A stretch of DNA of 64,000 nucleotides, taken from assembly GCA_951406725.2 (NCBI GenBank), contig OX597816.1, positions 61,132,001 through 61,196,000 on the forward strand. The letters are read 5' to 3'. The notes below the pieces were generated by a model. It was given only the letters and a program-made list of their open reading frames with translations. It made no database searches and was not told where the DNA came from. Positions 12,088 through 25,086 of this stretch are shown piece after piece. The position numbers and the translations under genes were made by a program. The DNA is from Octopus vulgaris (Eukaryota). How positions within the stretch are numbered: the first letter of the stretch is position 1; the number at the start of each line of letters is the position of its first letter.

Positions 12088-13560
12088 TCAGGCCATATCC
12101 CGTGGCCCCTACCTGGGACGTAGTCGATCCACCTGTGCATACCTTCCTTCTTGTGACACTTGTGAAGACCTGCTGAGGCAAGTGAAAATCAATCAAAACA
12201 AATCAAAATAGATGAACATCAATGGAATTTGTATCTTGTGGTACCAGTGCCTGTGGCACACAAGAAAACCATCCGAACGTGGCCGTAGCCAGTACCGCAT
12301 CAACTGGCCTCCGTGCTGTGGGAACATGGTGGCACATAAAAACACCATCCGAAGACCCGGCAAGACTAGTCAGGTCATAACCCGTGGCCCCTACCTGGGA
12401 CGTAGTCAGTCCACCTGTGCATACCTTCCTTCTTGTGACACTTGTGAAGACCTGTTGAGACAAGTGAAAATCAAAACAAATCAAAATAGATGAACATCAA
12501 TGGAATTTGTATCTTTGTGGTACCAGTGCCGGTGGCACACAAGAATCCATCCGAACGTGGCCGTAGTCAGTACCGCATCACTGGCCATCGTGCTGTGGGC
12601 ACATAACAAACACCATCCGATCGTGGCCGTTCGCCAGCCTCATCTAGCACCTGTGTCGGTGGCACATAAAAACACCATCCGAAGACCCGGCAAGACTAGT
12701 CAGGCCATAACCCATGGCCCCACACCATCCGAAGACCCGGCAAGACTAGTCAGGCCATAACCCATGGCCCCTACCTGGGACGTAGTCAGTCCACCTGTGC
12801 ATACCTTCCTCCTTGTGATACTTGTGAAGGCTTGTTGAGGCAAGTGAAAATCAAAATCAGATCAAAATGAATTCAAAACAAATCAAATCAAATCAAATCA
12901 AAACAAATCAAAATAGATGAACATTAATGGAATTGTATCTTGTGGTACCAGTGCCGGTGGCACACAAGAAAACCATCCGGATGTGGCCGTAGCCAGTACC
13001 GCACCGACTGGCCTCCGTGCTGTGGGCACGTAACAAACACCATCTGATCGTGGCCGTTCGCCAGCCTCATCTGGCACCTGTGTCGGTGGCACATAAAAAC
13101 ACCATCCGAAGACCCGGCAAGACTAGTCAGGCCATAACCTGTGGCCCCTACCTGGGACGTAGTCAGTCCACCTGTGCATACCTTCCTTCTCGTGACACTT
13201 GTGAAGACCTGTTGAGGCAAGTGAAAATTAAAACAAATCAAAATAGATGAACATCAATGGAATTTGTATCTTTGTGGTACCAGTGCCGGTGGGACGTGGC
13301 ACACAAGAAAACCATCCGAACGTGGCCGTAGCCAGTACCGGATCGACTGGCCTCCGTGCTGTGGGCACGTAACAAACACCATCCGATCGTGGCCGTTTGC
13401 CAGCCTCATCTGGCACCTGTGTCGGTGGCACATAAAAACACCATCCGAGCGTGGCCGTCTGCCAGCCTCGTCTGGCACCTGTGTCGGTGGCACATAAAAA
13501 ACACCATCCGAGCGTGGCCGTTTGCCAGCCTCGTCTGGCACCTGTGTCGGTGGCACATAA
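12072..13560 (+). repeat. Tandem array of RTE 3'-UTR units (~280-380 bp) with ~60-bp subrepeats
   Basis: gacccggca(a/g)gactagtcagg recurs at ~12072, 12354, 12684, 12735, 13111; caccatccga...ggcacataaaa occurs three times at 13378-13562. Confidence 0.9.
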
Positions 13561-13734
13561 AATCACCCACTACACTCTCGGAGTGGTTGGCGTTAGGAAG
13601 GGCATCCAGCTGTAGAAACACTGCCAGATCTGACTGGACTGGTGCAGCTTTCGGGCTCCCCAGACCCCAGTTGAACCGTCCAACCCATGCTAGCATGGAA
13701 AGCGGACGTTAAATGATGATGATGATGATGATGA

Positions 13735-13801
<67 letters not shown>

Positions 13802-13890
13802 TAGATATAGATATATATATATATATATATATAGCTGTTTGTTCTTCCTACTTGTGCAGAGTCGCTCAAACTTTTACAAGGAGCGGGTTA

Positions 13891-13937
13891 AAAACTGTCT
13901 GATGAACGGCAACGAGAAACTCAGAGTAACAGATTTT
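13891..13937 (+). ncRNA. Minimal type-I hammerhead ribozyme (GUA site)
   Basis: aaaactgt-CTGATGA-a cg GCAA cg a-GAAA-ctcagag-TA-acagatttt; identical to the copy at 26059-26105. Confidence 0.75.
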
Positions 13938-14056
13938 GTTGAATTTTCTGCTGCTTAAAATAAAGCATATTACTCTACCACTGGTATTTGAGTACTCTTT
14001 TTTCCACCTTGTTTCACATTTATGTGTTTACTCCGGTATATATATATATATATATA

Positions 14057-14452
14057 GGCACAGGAATGGGTGTGTGGTAAGTAGCTTGCTAACCAACCAC
14101 ATGATTCCAGGTTCAGTCCCACTGCGTGGCATCTTGGGCAAGTGTCTTCTGCTATAGCCCCGGGCCAACCAATGCCTTGTGAGTGGATTTGGTAGACGGA
14201 AACTGAAAGAAGCCTGTCGTATATATGTATATATATGTACGTGTGTGTGTTTGTGTGTCTGTGTTTGTTCCCCTAGCATTGCTTGACAACCGATGCTGGT
14301 GTGTTTACGTCCCCGTCACTTAGCTGTTCGGCAAAAAGAGACCAATAGAATAAGTACTGGGCTTACAAAAAGAATAAGTCCCAGGGTCGAGTTGCTCGAC
14401 TAAAGGCGGTGCTCCAGCATGGTCGCAGTCAAATGACTGAAAAGAGTAAAGA

Positions 14453-14454
<2 letters not shown>
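14057..14454 (+). mobile_element. tRNA-derived SINE, family A (full length)
   Basis: Same head, body and tail as 9681-10077; between (TA)n tracts. Confidence 0.9.
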
Positions 14455-14488
<34 letters not shown>

Positions 14489-14898
14489 ATTATCTTGTGG
14501 TACTAAAACATAAAAGATGTTAGAACTGTAAGGAGTTTGTAGAATAAACAGGAATTATCACATGTAGAATAAACAGGATTACATATCATGCACGCGACGT
14601 GGACAGCCTTCCTGATCTTCGTTCGCGAAGCCCAGCCATGATATCCTTTAGAACCAGATATGTAACCTTGCTCACCTTGTGTGTGGGGTGCGGTGGAGGG
14701 CGAATTTCATATCTCAAATAGTAACATCAGGCACACAAGTACTTCCCTTTCTCATGAGCTGACCATGCATATGTAACAAGGGGGCCATTTCAGCACATTA
14801 CAAGAGACCAAAGAAACTTGACAGAAAAAATAAAACACCATCAAAAAAACACGAGTAGATAATATTAACATCTTATATAGATTTCCACACAATAGTTA

Positions 14899-15147
14899 TT
14901 TGTTCCTTCTCAAGCTATGCCTGACTCATAAGGGCCGGTTTCCCGGTTTCCTAGGCGTATAGGTTCCCCACCTGGACGGGACGCCAGTCTGTCGCAGGAT
15001 TACTCAGTTTTGCCAGCTGAGTGAACAGGAGCAACATCAAATGAAGTGTTTTGCCCAAGAACACAACGCATCGCCAGGTCCAGGAATCGAAACCACACCT
15101 TACCATCATGAGTTCAACACCCTAACCACTAAGCCACGCGCCTCCAC
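14899..15147 (-). mobile_element. tRNA-derived SINE, family B
   Basis: Minus: ggaggcgcgtggcttagtggttagg (A box)...ggtttcgattcc (B box); tail shared with 33131-33422. Confidence 0.85.
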
Positions 15148-15302
15148 ACACACACACGCAATAAGTTTCATTAATAGCAAAATGCAAACAAGAGAATTTT
15201 AACATCAGCACACCTGATAAACATTGACGATTTTATTAGTTACATGATTCCCACGATTTTATTAGTTACATGATTACCACAAAACACGCAACACACGATC
15301 AT

Positions 15303-15343
15303 CCAGTCTGATGAGACGAAGAAAGGTCTTGAAACATTAACGG
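15303..15343 (+). ncRNA. Candidate degenerate minimal hammerhead
   Basis: ccagt-CTGATGA-gac gaagaaag gtc tt-GAAA-cat-TA-acgg; stem I imperfect. Confidence 0.4.
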
Positions 15344-15738
15344 ACAGGTCTTAAGAACGTTATTGTTCGAAATTAAACATAAAGGATTAACATGAAGAGA
15401 AAAAATAAAGGAATAAGGCAACATGTAAAAGAAAATTAAAAGGATGAAACTCGAACACGGTATTGACTTTAATGTGTGTATGCAGATAGATATAATGTGT
15501 GTGTTTGTATGTGATTCGCGATGTAATCGCCCTTAAATGTTTTAAATAGATGTAAGTGGAGTTTGACTGTAAAGACACAAATTATTATTGTAAGCCGAGA
15601 AACCTGTACTTCGGTGTCTGTTCGGAGTTGGGAAAATATTTCACTGTTAGAAGTGACGGCTTAAAAATAATTAATTCTATATGTGACGGAATGATGTCAC
15701 TTTCTGGGAACCTCCTACCTCAACGAAAAAAAAAACAT

Positions 15739-15837
15739 CACCCTCCTAGAAATAACAGTTACGTCGCCCTCGAAAACGCACTCACACCTCTGCTGTTTTA
15801 AACAAACGGCGACGTAACTGTTATTTCTAGGAGGGTG
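15739..15837. repeat. Perfect 30-bp inverted repeat with 39-nt spacer
   Basis: caccctcctagaaataacagttacgtcgcc (15739-15768) / ggcgacgtaactgttatttctaggagggtg (15808-15837). Confidence 0.9.
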
Positions 15838-15899
15838 GGGAAAAGGCAGTATCGATTATTTTGGTCCTAGATGCTGCACTGGATTATGTTTCACCATAC

Positions 15900-15990
15900 T
15901 ATGGGATGGTCATAACTAGAATACCTTTAACCAAAGGTCTGCTCGATCAGGACTGACCCGGGGCTAAGCAAATAGTAACAATTACGACTA
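15900..15990 (+). repeat. Old dispersed SINE-like repeat (representative of >10 decayed copies)
   Basis: Motif ggtca..g.tggaa...ctttgatcata.gtctgct...ctgac.tggggctaaacaa also at ~4220-4290, 16680-16740, 17155-17220, 18500-18560, 47150-47215 and inverted at ~51290, ~52705. Confidence 0.6.
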
Positions 15991-16785
15991 TATCGTAAGA
16001 TAATGGGATTTCTCCATTGTGTTTAAAAGCTATGTGTATGTATTAAAACTATGTATATATTTACACACGATATATACATATGTATGTATATTACTCTCTC
16101 TGTATATATGTTTATATTATATGCATATATTACTATATTATATATACATATATTATATATATACACAATAAATATAAATATTAATGAATGTTTTTAAAGT
16201 GAGGCAAAAATATTTTTATTAAAACTTAAGTTTCAGTGTTGTTTACGTTATTAAACTGTTTATTATAAAATAAAGTTTTCTGTAGCTTGAAAAATTTAGA
16301 GTGATTTTTTTCGTAATTTATTTTCTTGTTATTTATTATTGTAGGAGGAATGCTCGGTGATATTTCTGTCTTAGCAAGTAATGTTGTGGTTCTGGAAATT
16401 ATGAGAAAAATAAGTGAACGACGCCATCGTCAAATATAGAATCCTCCAGCCAAAGAAATGAGAACATAGGCGGTCGTTCGACATGTTAGATATAGTAGCC
16501 AAATTACCCTCAAACACAGAATGTATTGTAGCGATTATATTAACGATGTACCTTTTTTTTTGTTTTATTTTTAAGAGTAAGTCGTAAGAAAGGAAGGGTA
16601 CATACAACAATGTAGTCCGAAGGGTACATACAATAATGTAGTACCTCAGTAATAAAAAGGAAAAAAATTGACCTAATGGTCATTATTGAATGTCTTTGAT
16701 TATAGGTCGATTCGATCAAAGACGACATGAGGCTAAATAACAGAAAAGAAACTGAACAACGAGACAACGAGGTAAGTTTCTGGAC

Positions 16786-17036
16786 CAGTGGCTCTCAAAT
16801 AGGAGGAATAGTAATTCCCGTGGGTAAACATTTACATGGCAAGGGGTAAATATATCATACCTGAAAATTAAGTATTAATTCTGTTAAAACCTTAACAATA
16901 AAGTTGTTCCGTCTTCGTTTTCCTATGTCTTTATGCCGGCTACGCATTTTTTTTTTTATAGATTAGAGAAAGGAGGTAAATGGCGAAATACATTAAGCTA
17001 AGGGTGAATGACAGGGGAAGGGGTTGAGAATCACTA
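16786..17036. mobile_element. hAT-type MITE (degenerate)
   Basis: Ends cagtggctctcaa / ttgagaatcacta form an imperfect TIR; TSD not intact. Confidence 0.5.
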
Positions 17037-18894
17037 ATCTACCTGTCACTCAATGTGCTAGAAATAACAGCTGAATCCCTTTCTCGAGTGAATCTGATTA
17101 AAGGGGAGGACACGTAAATAACGCAGTCCAAGATACACTCATTATAAGCGATATAGTCATGGTTGGATTGTCTTTGATTATAAGTCTGCTGAAACAAGGC
17201 CGACCTACGGTTAAACTATTACTGTTAATATTTAACAATAACTTTCGTTTTCCGCTTAATTTTTTTCTTTCTTTTTATTTTTCTGACAGGTTTTGTCTAG
17301 TTTTCGCATTAACCGAAATATAGTAAATGTCGAAGTAGCATTCTAATGTTTTACTTTTAATTATTAAATACATTATTTATATTCCTGTTTTTCCATTTTT
17401 TTAGTAAGGGAGGAAAAAAGATAGGCCTTAATTAATAACAGGAATTTGTTTTTGAACCTTAAAAGCACGATAGCTTAATTGAAAATTAACGAAATTATAT
17501 CTCAATTAAAAAAAGGCCTAGTAGAGTCGTCTACAAACTATATATTCAAATTATAAGCTATCGTTCTTAAAAATTTACAAACTCTTATATTAACTTTATA
17601 TTTTCATAATAACTTAGCTCAATTATGAAAGTAGCTTTCATACTGCCGTAGGTGTAGTAGTTATTTAGTGAGATGTTTTAAACTATTTCATTCGCACGCA
17701 TAAGACCTAAGCATATCCAATGAGTCATTTATGCGCGCCAACACTGTCCACTTATCTACTTCGGTTGATGAATAATCAGAACAGAAAGGACATTGAGTAC
17801 TGAGTTGTTTCTAAAATTTTTAATTGTATTTATCTGTGTTCCATACATCTTCAAATAATATTTGGTAAAAAATAATCAATAATAAAGATATTGTTTAATT
17901 AAAACTGAGGTTTGATTTTTTTTCCCTTCTTTTCTCAGCCACAAAATTTCCTCTGGTTAATTTGACCCCCTTCCCCCCCCCCCCGTATTGAATATTTCCA
18001 TCAAACATCGGCTACTACTGTCCAAACACAAGTAAAGAGAGATGCTACATCTGTCATTTAGTAGAAACAGCGCTTTTGCACTCAGTATCCGAGCACCTCC
18101 CTTCCACGAATACAAATGACAAGTACCATGAATGAATATGCTGGCCTCATTTACTTATATGTATATTCATTTTAATTAAATATTTTAGATCCTTTATAAG
18201 TTCTCTAATTTTGTATAAAATCTATAGGGATAATTAAATTCGGTAATTATATGTTTATTCCTGCGACATAAACTGATGAAAAGAATATCCAACGTAGTAT
18301 ATGCTTTCATGTAGTCGCTCGACTTCGTAGCAATCATTTCCTTCAACCCGATCCCTTCCGCATGGAAAAAGGGACCAGTTACATTACGGAAGTGAAATAT
18401 TTAACTGCATGCATAGCAAGAAAGAAGAAAGGATAGCCACATAAAATATCGGTCGAACGATAGAAAATTCGATACCACCCACATATATCAACAGGACGAT
18501 CAAGGTTGGAGCATCTTTAATCATAGTTTTGTTCAGAGCTGACTTGGGCTTAAACAACAACATTTGTAGTCTTTAATAAAACGAAGACAGTATATCCAGA
18601 GTTCTGGATCTGTATGATTACCCCCAGACGATCGACCATGCTAGTTCTACATAAGCAGGACAAACCGCGTAGTGGGGGGGGGGGGGGTTAACAACAACTA
18701 AGGAAAATCAATTGCTGGATGAGTTATTCGAGGCGTGGTTATTGGTAGGCGAAAACGATGCTTAATAGACTCGAAAATGCTTCTTTGATAAAGATTTTCT
18801 GATTGAAATTAAAAGAATTAATCAAATTAATACTAAGTAGTTTTTTTTAATTTTGTATTTATCCTTGGGTTTAAAGTTATGCCATTCATACACA

Positions 18895-19160
18895 GGTTAG
18901 AATTAGTTGCAGAAGAATTTCACTCTCCATCTCCATCACTCTTAGAATCGGCACCAATGTATGGTGGAGTGAGGTGTTGGGTGTGGAAAGTCTCAATTCT
19001 GGGGCAACTTCATGGAATGTTATGAACGAAATGCAGGTCAATTTGTTATGCTTACTAAGGTAAATTTAACTTTGAAGTGGACCCAAGAAAAAAATAAAAT
19101 CCCTTCAGTTCTGAAGCTTGTGGGATTATCCAGGGATGACGGGAAAAAAGCCTGCTAGGC
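18895..19160 (+). mobile_element. CRE-like non-LTR retrotransposon remnant (restriction-like endonuclease region)
   Basis: Translates SITLRIG...RNAGQFVMLTKVNLTLKWTQEKNKIPSVLKLVGLSRDDGKK, resembling the ALRLG...IPSVLEPVGLSRxDGKRPDG pattern recalled for CRE-like elements. Confidence 0.55.
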
Positions 19161-21732
19161 TAGAGATAGATGCTTTATATGGGAGTGATTCTTTCAGTCA
19201 CATATTCTAAATGCTGAGATGCTTTTTAGGTTTTATATCATCTTCATCTCTAATCCACATCTATTCAAATACGAAATATTTAACCAAACTATCGATAATA
19301 AAAACAATCTTTATGTAAGACTTAATTTCTTTTCCTATTCATAATACAAATATGTGCTGGGCTGTAAAATTCTTTCTGGTTAATTTGAACCAATTACATT
19401 TCTGTATCAAATATTTCTGTCAAATACAGGCCATCATTTCTAGTAATTTACGAAAGTAACAACTATTGCAGGTAAATTACATATTTTTTAAGTCATGGCA
19501 TTTGAGATATTTGGAGGAGTTTAACCACTAACCACAAAGTTCTTAACTTTGGTATTTTCTATTGTGTGTGTTATCTGACCAAAGTGTGATGTGAAGCTTT
19601 GGTGGGCACAAAACAGTATAAGTATCACAGGCTCACAATAGTGTCTTGTGTTGCTTCTGTTGATAAAATGGAAAACCAAAAAAAAAAAAATGAAGTTTCA
19701 GATATGTACTTGCCAGGCAAGCGATTTGATCGGAGACCATGTGTTTAAACTAAAATGATTGCAGTAGGGAAGACACATGTTAGCCATTCGTTAACTTTAC
19801 TGACAAGGTTAACCTTGACCAGGTTGCAATTCGAGTGATGAAAATTTTAACACCATATGACATAATAAATGCTTAAGTAACAGCCTTTGCGTGATTTTAA
19901 ATGGTTAAAATGTTTCTTCCATGCTGCAAAAGAGAGAAAAAATTCTAAAAATAAAAAAATAGGAAGGATGAACCACATTTATTCTCTGATTATTTATCTA
20001 GTTTGTCTATGGACAGAAATAAGTTCCTCTTTGTTATGCACCTTTTGATGTTAAGAATTTTTCAGTGACATGTTAATATTAATGAATAGTTGTTTCAAAA
20101 ATTCCTAATTTGCTACATTGTTTCACAGAGGAATTAAATTGAACAGATATCTAATCAACTAGATGTTGTAGCAATGTATCCATAACCAATATCATTCCAT
20201 TTGAGATATATATGGAACCCTAGAGTTTCAATACAGAGCAATATTCATAAGTAGGTCAATATATGAAGGTGGCATTTCAAAAACAGCAAGCACATAGGAG
20301 TTACAACCTAGGTGAGCCTGGGTCCCTCAGAGTGTCAGAAACTAACAGGTTGAAACATTTGCGTTGTGAGAGTTCTTCCTCTGAAGATTTCTCCTACTGT
20401 CTGCTCACCTTGTAGCAAATTGGTGTAAAAAGAAGACTAATTGGATTGAAAATTTATGACAGCCATTTCAGTAGAATTTTATTAGTATATTCATAGAATA
20501 AATCTACCATCTTCAGGTAAAATTTTAAATAGGCATAAACAAGTGAGGTAAGACCTTAATGATGACATATCCAACAAACAATATATGTAGTGAAATGGAG
20601 GTAGGGAGCTTAGAGAAATAACTTGGGGGCATCCGTACCATGAATTTGGATGATGAAGTTAAATCATGATGTACTGAATGTCATTCCAAATCATTTCTTA
20701 ATTTTAAAATATTTACACCTGCGTGAGAGATGGAAAATGTAAATCTAACAGTAATTGTTAATGACTCTCAAGGAGAAGGGGAGATAATTTCAAGAAGTTA
20801 AGAAAAAATACCATGAGTTAATTTTCATGCCAGGCAAGGGGCAATCTGATTTTTGATGCAGGCAATTGACAAACAGCTATGAAAATGATTGCTGGAATTT
20901 TTTTTTTCTTTTTTTTTTTTTTTTGCTATACAAAGGGAGATTCCTAAAATTAGGAATTTATTGTTTTTGGCTTTCAGTACATCAGTTCACCACCCTTATA
21001 CTTGAATATATTTTGTGTATGTGTGTGAATGTGTATGTGCATGCTTCAGTGAGTAGAATTATGCAGTAGTGTTTCCGTTATCTTTTCCTACAAACCAGGA
21101 CCATAAGGGCATATATTTGAACTGAGCACTATAAATTAATACATTAATTAATTATATAAAAGTATTGATGTATCTAACTATTGCAGCTATTTATGTCTAA
21201 CTGTACTGAGTCTCTAAAGGTTAATTGCCATAGAGGAAAATGCAGTGACAGTCAAAGGATATTAACTAATTTAATGCTCAGCTGGTTATTTGACATTCTG
21301 TTAATCCTTCTGGTAATTGTCTGAGTTTTCTGACTCCCTAGTGATCTGTCAGCTGGTTGTCTGGCACCATGTTGATTTGTCTGTCATGAACTCTCTGTTG
21401 TGTGTGTGTGCGTGCACCCATATGTGCATTTGTGTAAGCCTGCTTTAAACGTTACTGGTGCAACCTGTTGCATGGTTGGATTGTTGGAGACTAATCTGGC
21501 TCCTACATTAGGTTGGCATGGTGTGGTAGGGTGTTGGAAACCCAGCAAGACAATAACAAGACTTGTCAAGAGAATAGATGGACACAACATTGAGTCAATG
21601 TTTATCCAGTAACAGTGTGTGGTGATATAGAAAAACTGAATATGGTGAACATGCATGCTATAAGACCACTTTGAGAGGAATATATTCCTAATTATTGTTA
21701 GTTGCCATGATAGATCGTTAGCCACTACACAC

Positions 21733-21895
21733 ATTTTTTTCTCTCCTTGTTTTTTCTGTGTCCCTTTCTGTACAAGAGCATAGGTTCGAAATGTAAAAGA
21801 CTTTTTCTATTCCTGAGCGTTATACTAATACATCTGTTTGTTTTGTACACCACCTGTCTTCGTCTTTTGTTTTTTTTTTCGTAAACTCTCCCTAT
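21733..21895 (+). mobile_element. PLE-terminus-like repeat with hammerhead-like motif at 21764-21799
   Basis: cttt-CTGTACA-agagcataggttc-GAAATGTA-aaag; homologous to 56503-56648. Confidence 0.55.
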
Positions 21896-22755
21896 TGTTA
21901 GAATATCTGTCTTGAAAAAGAGTAGATAGAGCTCTTTAACCATCATGGTGGGGTATCCTAGTTGTGCTGCCTTGTGAATAAATCCAGGGAGACTAGTGTT
22001 AAAAGAATATACTTCATCATCATCATTATCATCATCATTTAACATACACTTTTCCATGATTGCATGGATTGGACAGAATATGTTGAAGCAGATTTTTCTG
22101 TAGATGGATGCTCTTCCAGATGCCAACCCTAACCTGTTTCCAAATAAGGTACCCATGAACAGACAAGTTTCATGAAAGATTGGAGATGAGAGATACTGCT
22201 CGCATCACAGTGACTTTTGTTTACAAATATCACATGAATTCAAGGTAAGGAGAGAGTAACACATGCGCACATGCACACACACACACACACACATGCACAC
22301 AAACACACACACACACACACACACATGCATGCATACATACATACATACATGCAAGCATGCATACAAACATGCATGCATGCAAGTGAGTGGACAAATGAAA
22401 GGAAAGAGCACTCAGCACATGTAGCAATGGCACATGTATTCCTGTCCAACTACACGGTCAAAGAAATTCCCCTTTCTGATGGAATTGGTGTTGCTAAGGA
22501 ATTGACAATATTCTCTACAATATCAAGTAACCCACTTTGACCTATAGCAGCCTGTCTTCCAGTAACCATCTTGGACTTCTTCATTCAGCATTCCAGAAGC
22601 TTGGAGGAATCAGGCTCCTACTAGGGGCCTGTGAAACTTGATGTTGCACAGAACCAAATCAAACTGTTTTAAACCATATATATATATAACTTTGATAACT
22701 TTTGGCCAGTATAGGCCCAGGCCATGTCTAACTCAATAACAATATATACATACAT

Positions 22756-22797
<42 letters not shown>

Positions 22798-22798
22798 A

Positions 22799-22831
<33 letters not shown>

Positions 22832-22989
22832 ATATATGTATATTAATCAGCCGAAATTGCGAGGATGATCCGGTATTTGACTGAAGATTAGAGGCTTCGA
22901 ATGATCCATCCGTGTTTTTTGTATCGTCTATTTGAATGTTTTGCGTTCTTGTCCCATTTTGCATTTAAATATATATATATATATATATG

Positions 22990-23135
22990 ACAGACTTCTT
23001 TCAGTTTTCTTCTACTGAATCCACTGACAAGGTTTTGGTTGATCCAAGGCTATAGCAGAAAACACTTTACCAAAGTGTCATGCAGTGGGACTGAACCTGG
23101 GACCATGTGGTTGGGAAGCAAACTTCTTATCACAC
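22990..23135 (-). mobile_element. SINE family A, 5' half
   Basis: Reverse complement of the family A head and body. Confidence 0.75.
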
Positions 23136-23759
23136 ACTATTTTCATATAGCCCAGCAAGTAAGGGATACAACTCCAGACATATTTTAGTATAATTCTGAC
23201 CTCAAGTGCAAAGTACTTGCCTGTACTTTCTGAAGTTGAGATGAGTAAAATTATCTAGTTAATATAATAAATGTACAATAAATTGTACATTTATTAGCAT
23301 GAGAAAATTAATGTATTTGGAAATAAAATAATCAAGAAATGCTAAAATATATTAACTACTAAAGTATGGTGAGAGTTTGATCTATGTTCATTTAAGGAAG
23401 CTTTGTACTTTTAATAGCTAAATGATCCCTGAATCACTAAATCAATCTTCTACAATTTCATAAATATATTAGAATATCATAAATATCTTGCCAATCCTAA
23501 AGGAATTGAAAGAGGCCACCTTCACAAATATCAAATGTAGTGTATCAAATGCATCAAAGGTAGTGATGTCATATTGGAATTCTGTAGGAACTTTCTATGC
23601 CCAAGAGCAAATATCTGAGATATCAAATATGATCATACATGAAAGGATTAGAAGAGTCATGCTTTTTTTTTCGGAGTTACATAAAGGAACAGAAAAACAT
23701 AAGTGGATGAATGTAAGAATGTATGTGTACACACATGCATATATAGACACACATATACT

Positions 23760-24590
<831 letters not shown>

Positions 24591-24825
24591 ATGATATGTA
24601 TAAATCATTTATATACAGATAGAGATAGATAGATACATATATAAATAGACAGATATACATACAATATACACTAACACACACACATATAGATAAAGGGATT
24701 AGATATAGATACACACATATGTATATATATACATGCGTGTATGTAATATATTACATATATATAGTATATATTGTATATATCTGGTAATATATGTTACACA
24801 CACACACACACATACATATATATAT

Positions 24826-25086
24826 CATCATCATCATTTAGCGTCCGCTTTCCATGCTAGCATGGGTTGGACGGTTCAACTGGGGTCTGTGAAGCCAGAA
24901 GGCTGCATCAGGCCCAGTTTGATCTGGCAATGTTTCTACAGCTGAATGCCCTTCCTAACGCCAACCACTCCGTGAGTGTAGTGGGTGCTTTTTACGTGCC
25001 ACCCGCACAGGTGCCAGACGGAGCTGACAAACAGCCACGGACGGATGGTGCTTTTTACGTGCCACCGGCACGGGGGCCAGGCGATG
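24826..25086 (-). mobile_element. RTE 3'-end fragment (representative; others at ~29810-30036, 32740-32985, 49475-49790, 53915-54170, 54668-54823, 55790-55922, 56125-56410)
   Basis: (cat)n + gtccgctttccatgctagcatgggttggacgg is the reverse complement of the 13680-13737 tail. Confidence 0.85.

Larger units (their letters stand above)
10493..13737 (+). mobile_element. RTE-clade LINE, 5'-truncated, with tandemly amplified 3' UTR and (gat)n tail
   Basis: RT motifs [52 protein letters not shown]; ends in (gat)n; (TA)n on both sides. Confidence 0.95.

Noticed and set aside
12203-13712. Cluster of overlapping ORFs and a CRISPR-like repeat appearance
   Set aside because: Tandem RTE 3'-UTR units; no unique spacers or cas genes; eukaryotic context
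18265-18300. CTGATGA (also CTGACGA at ~26792 and ~41057)
   Set aside because: No correctly placed GAAA or stems
18896-19059. Host coding exon with open frame
   Set aside because: Better explained as a decayed CRE-like retroelement
22845-22965. CTGAAGA...cgaat motif in a short repeat between TA tracts
   Set aside because: GAAA incomplete and stems I and III not formed; may be a PLE terminus but ribozyme unsupported
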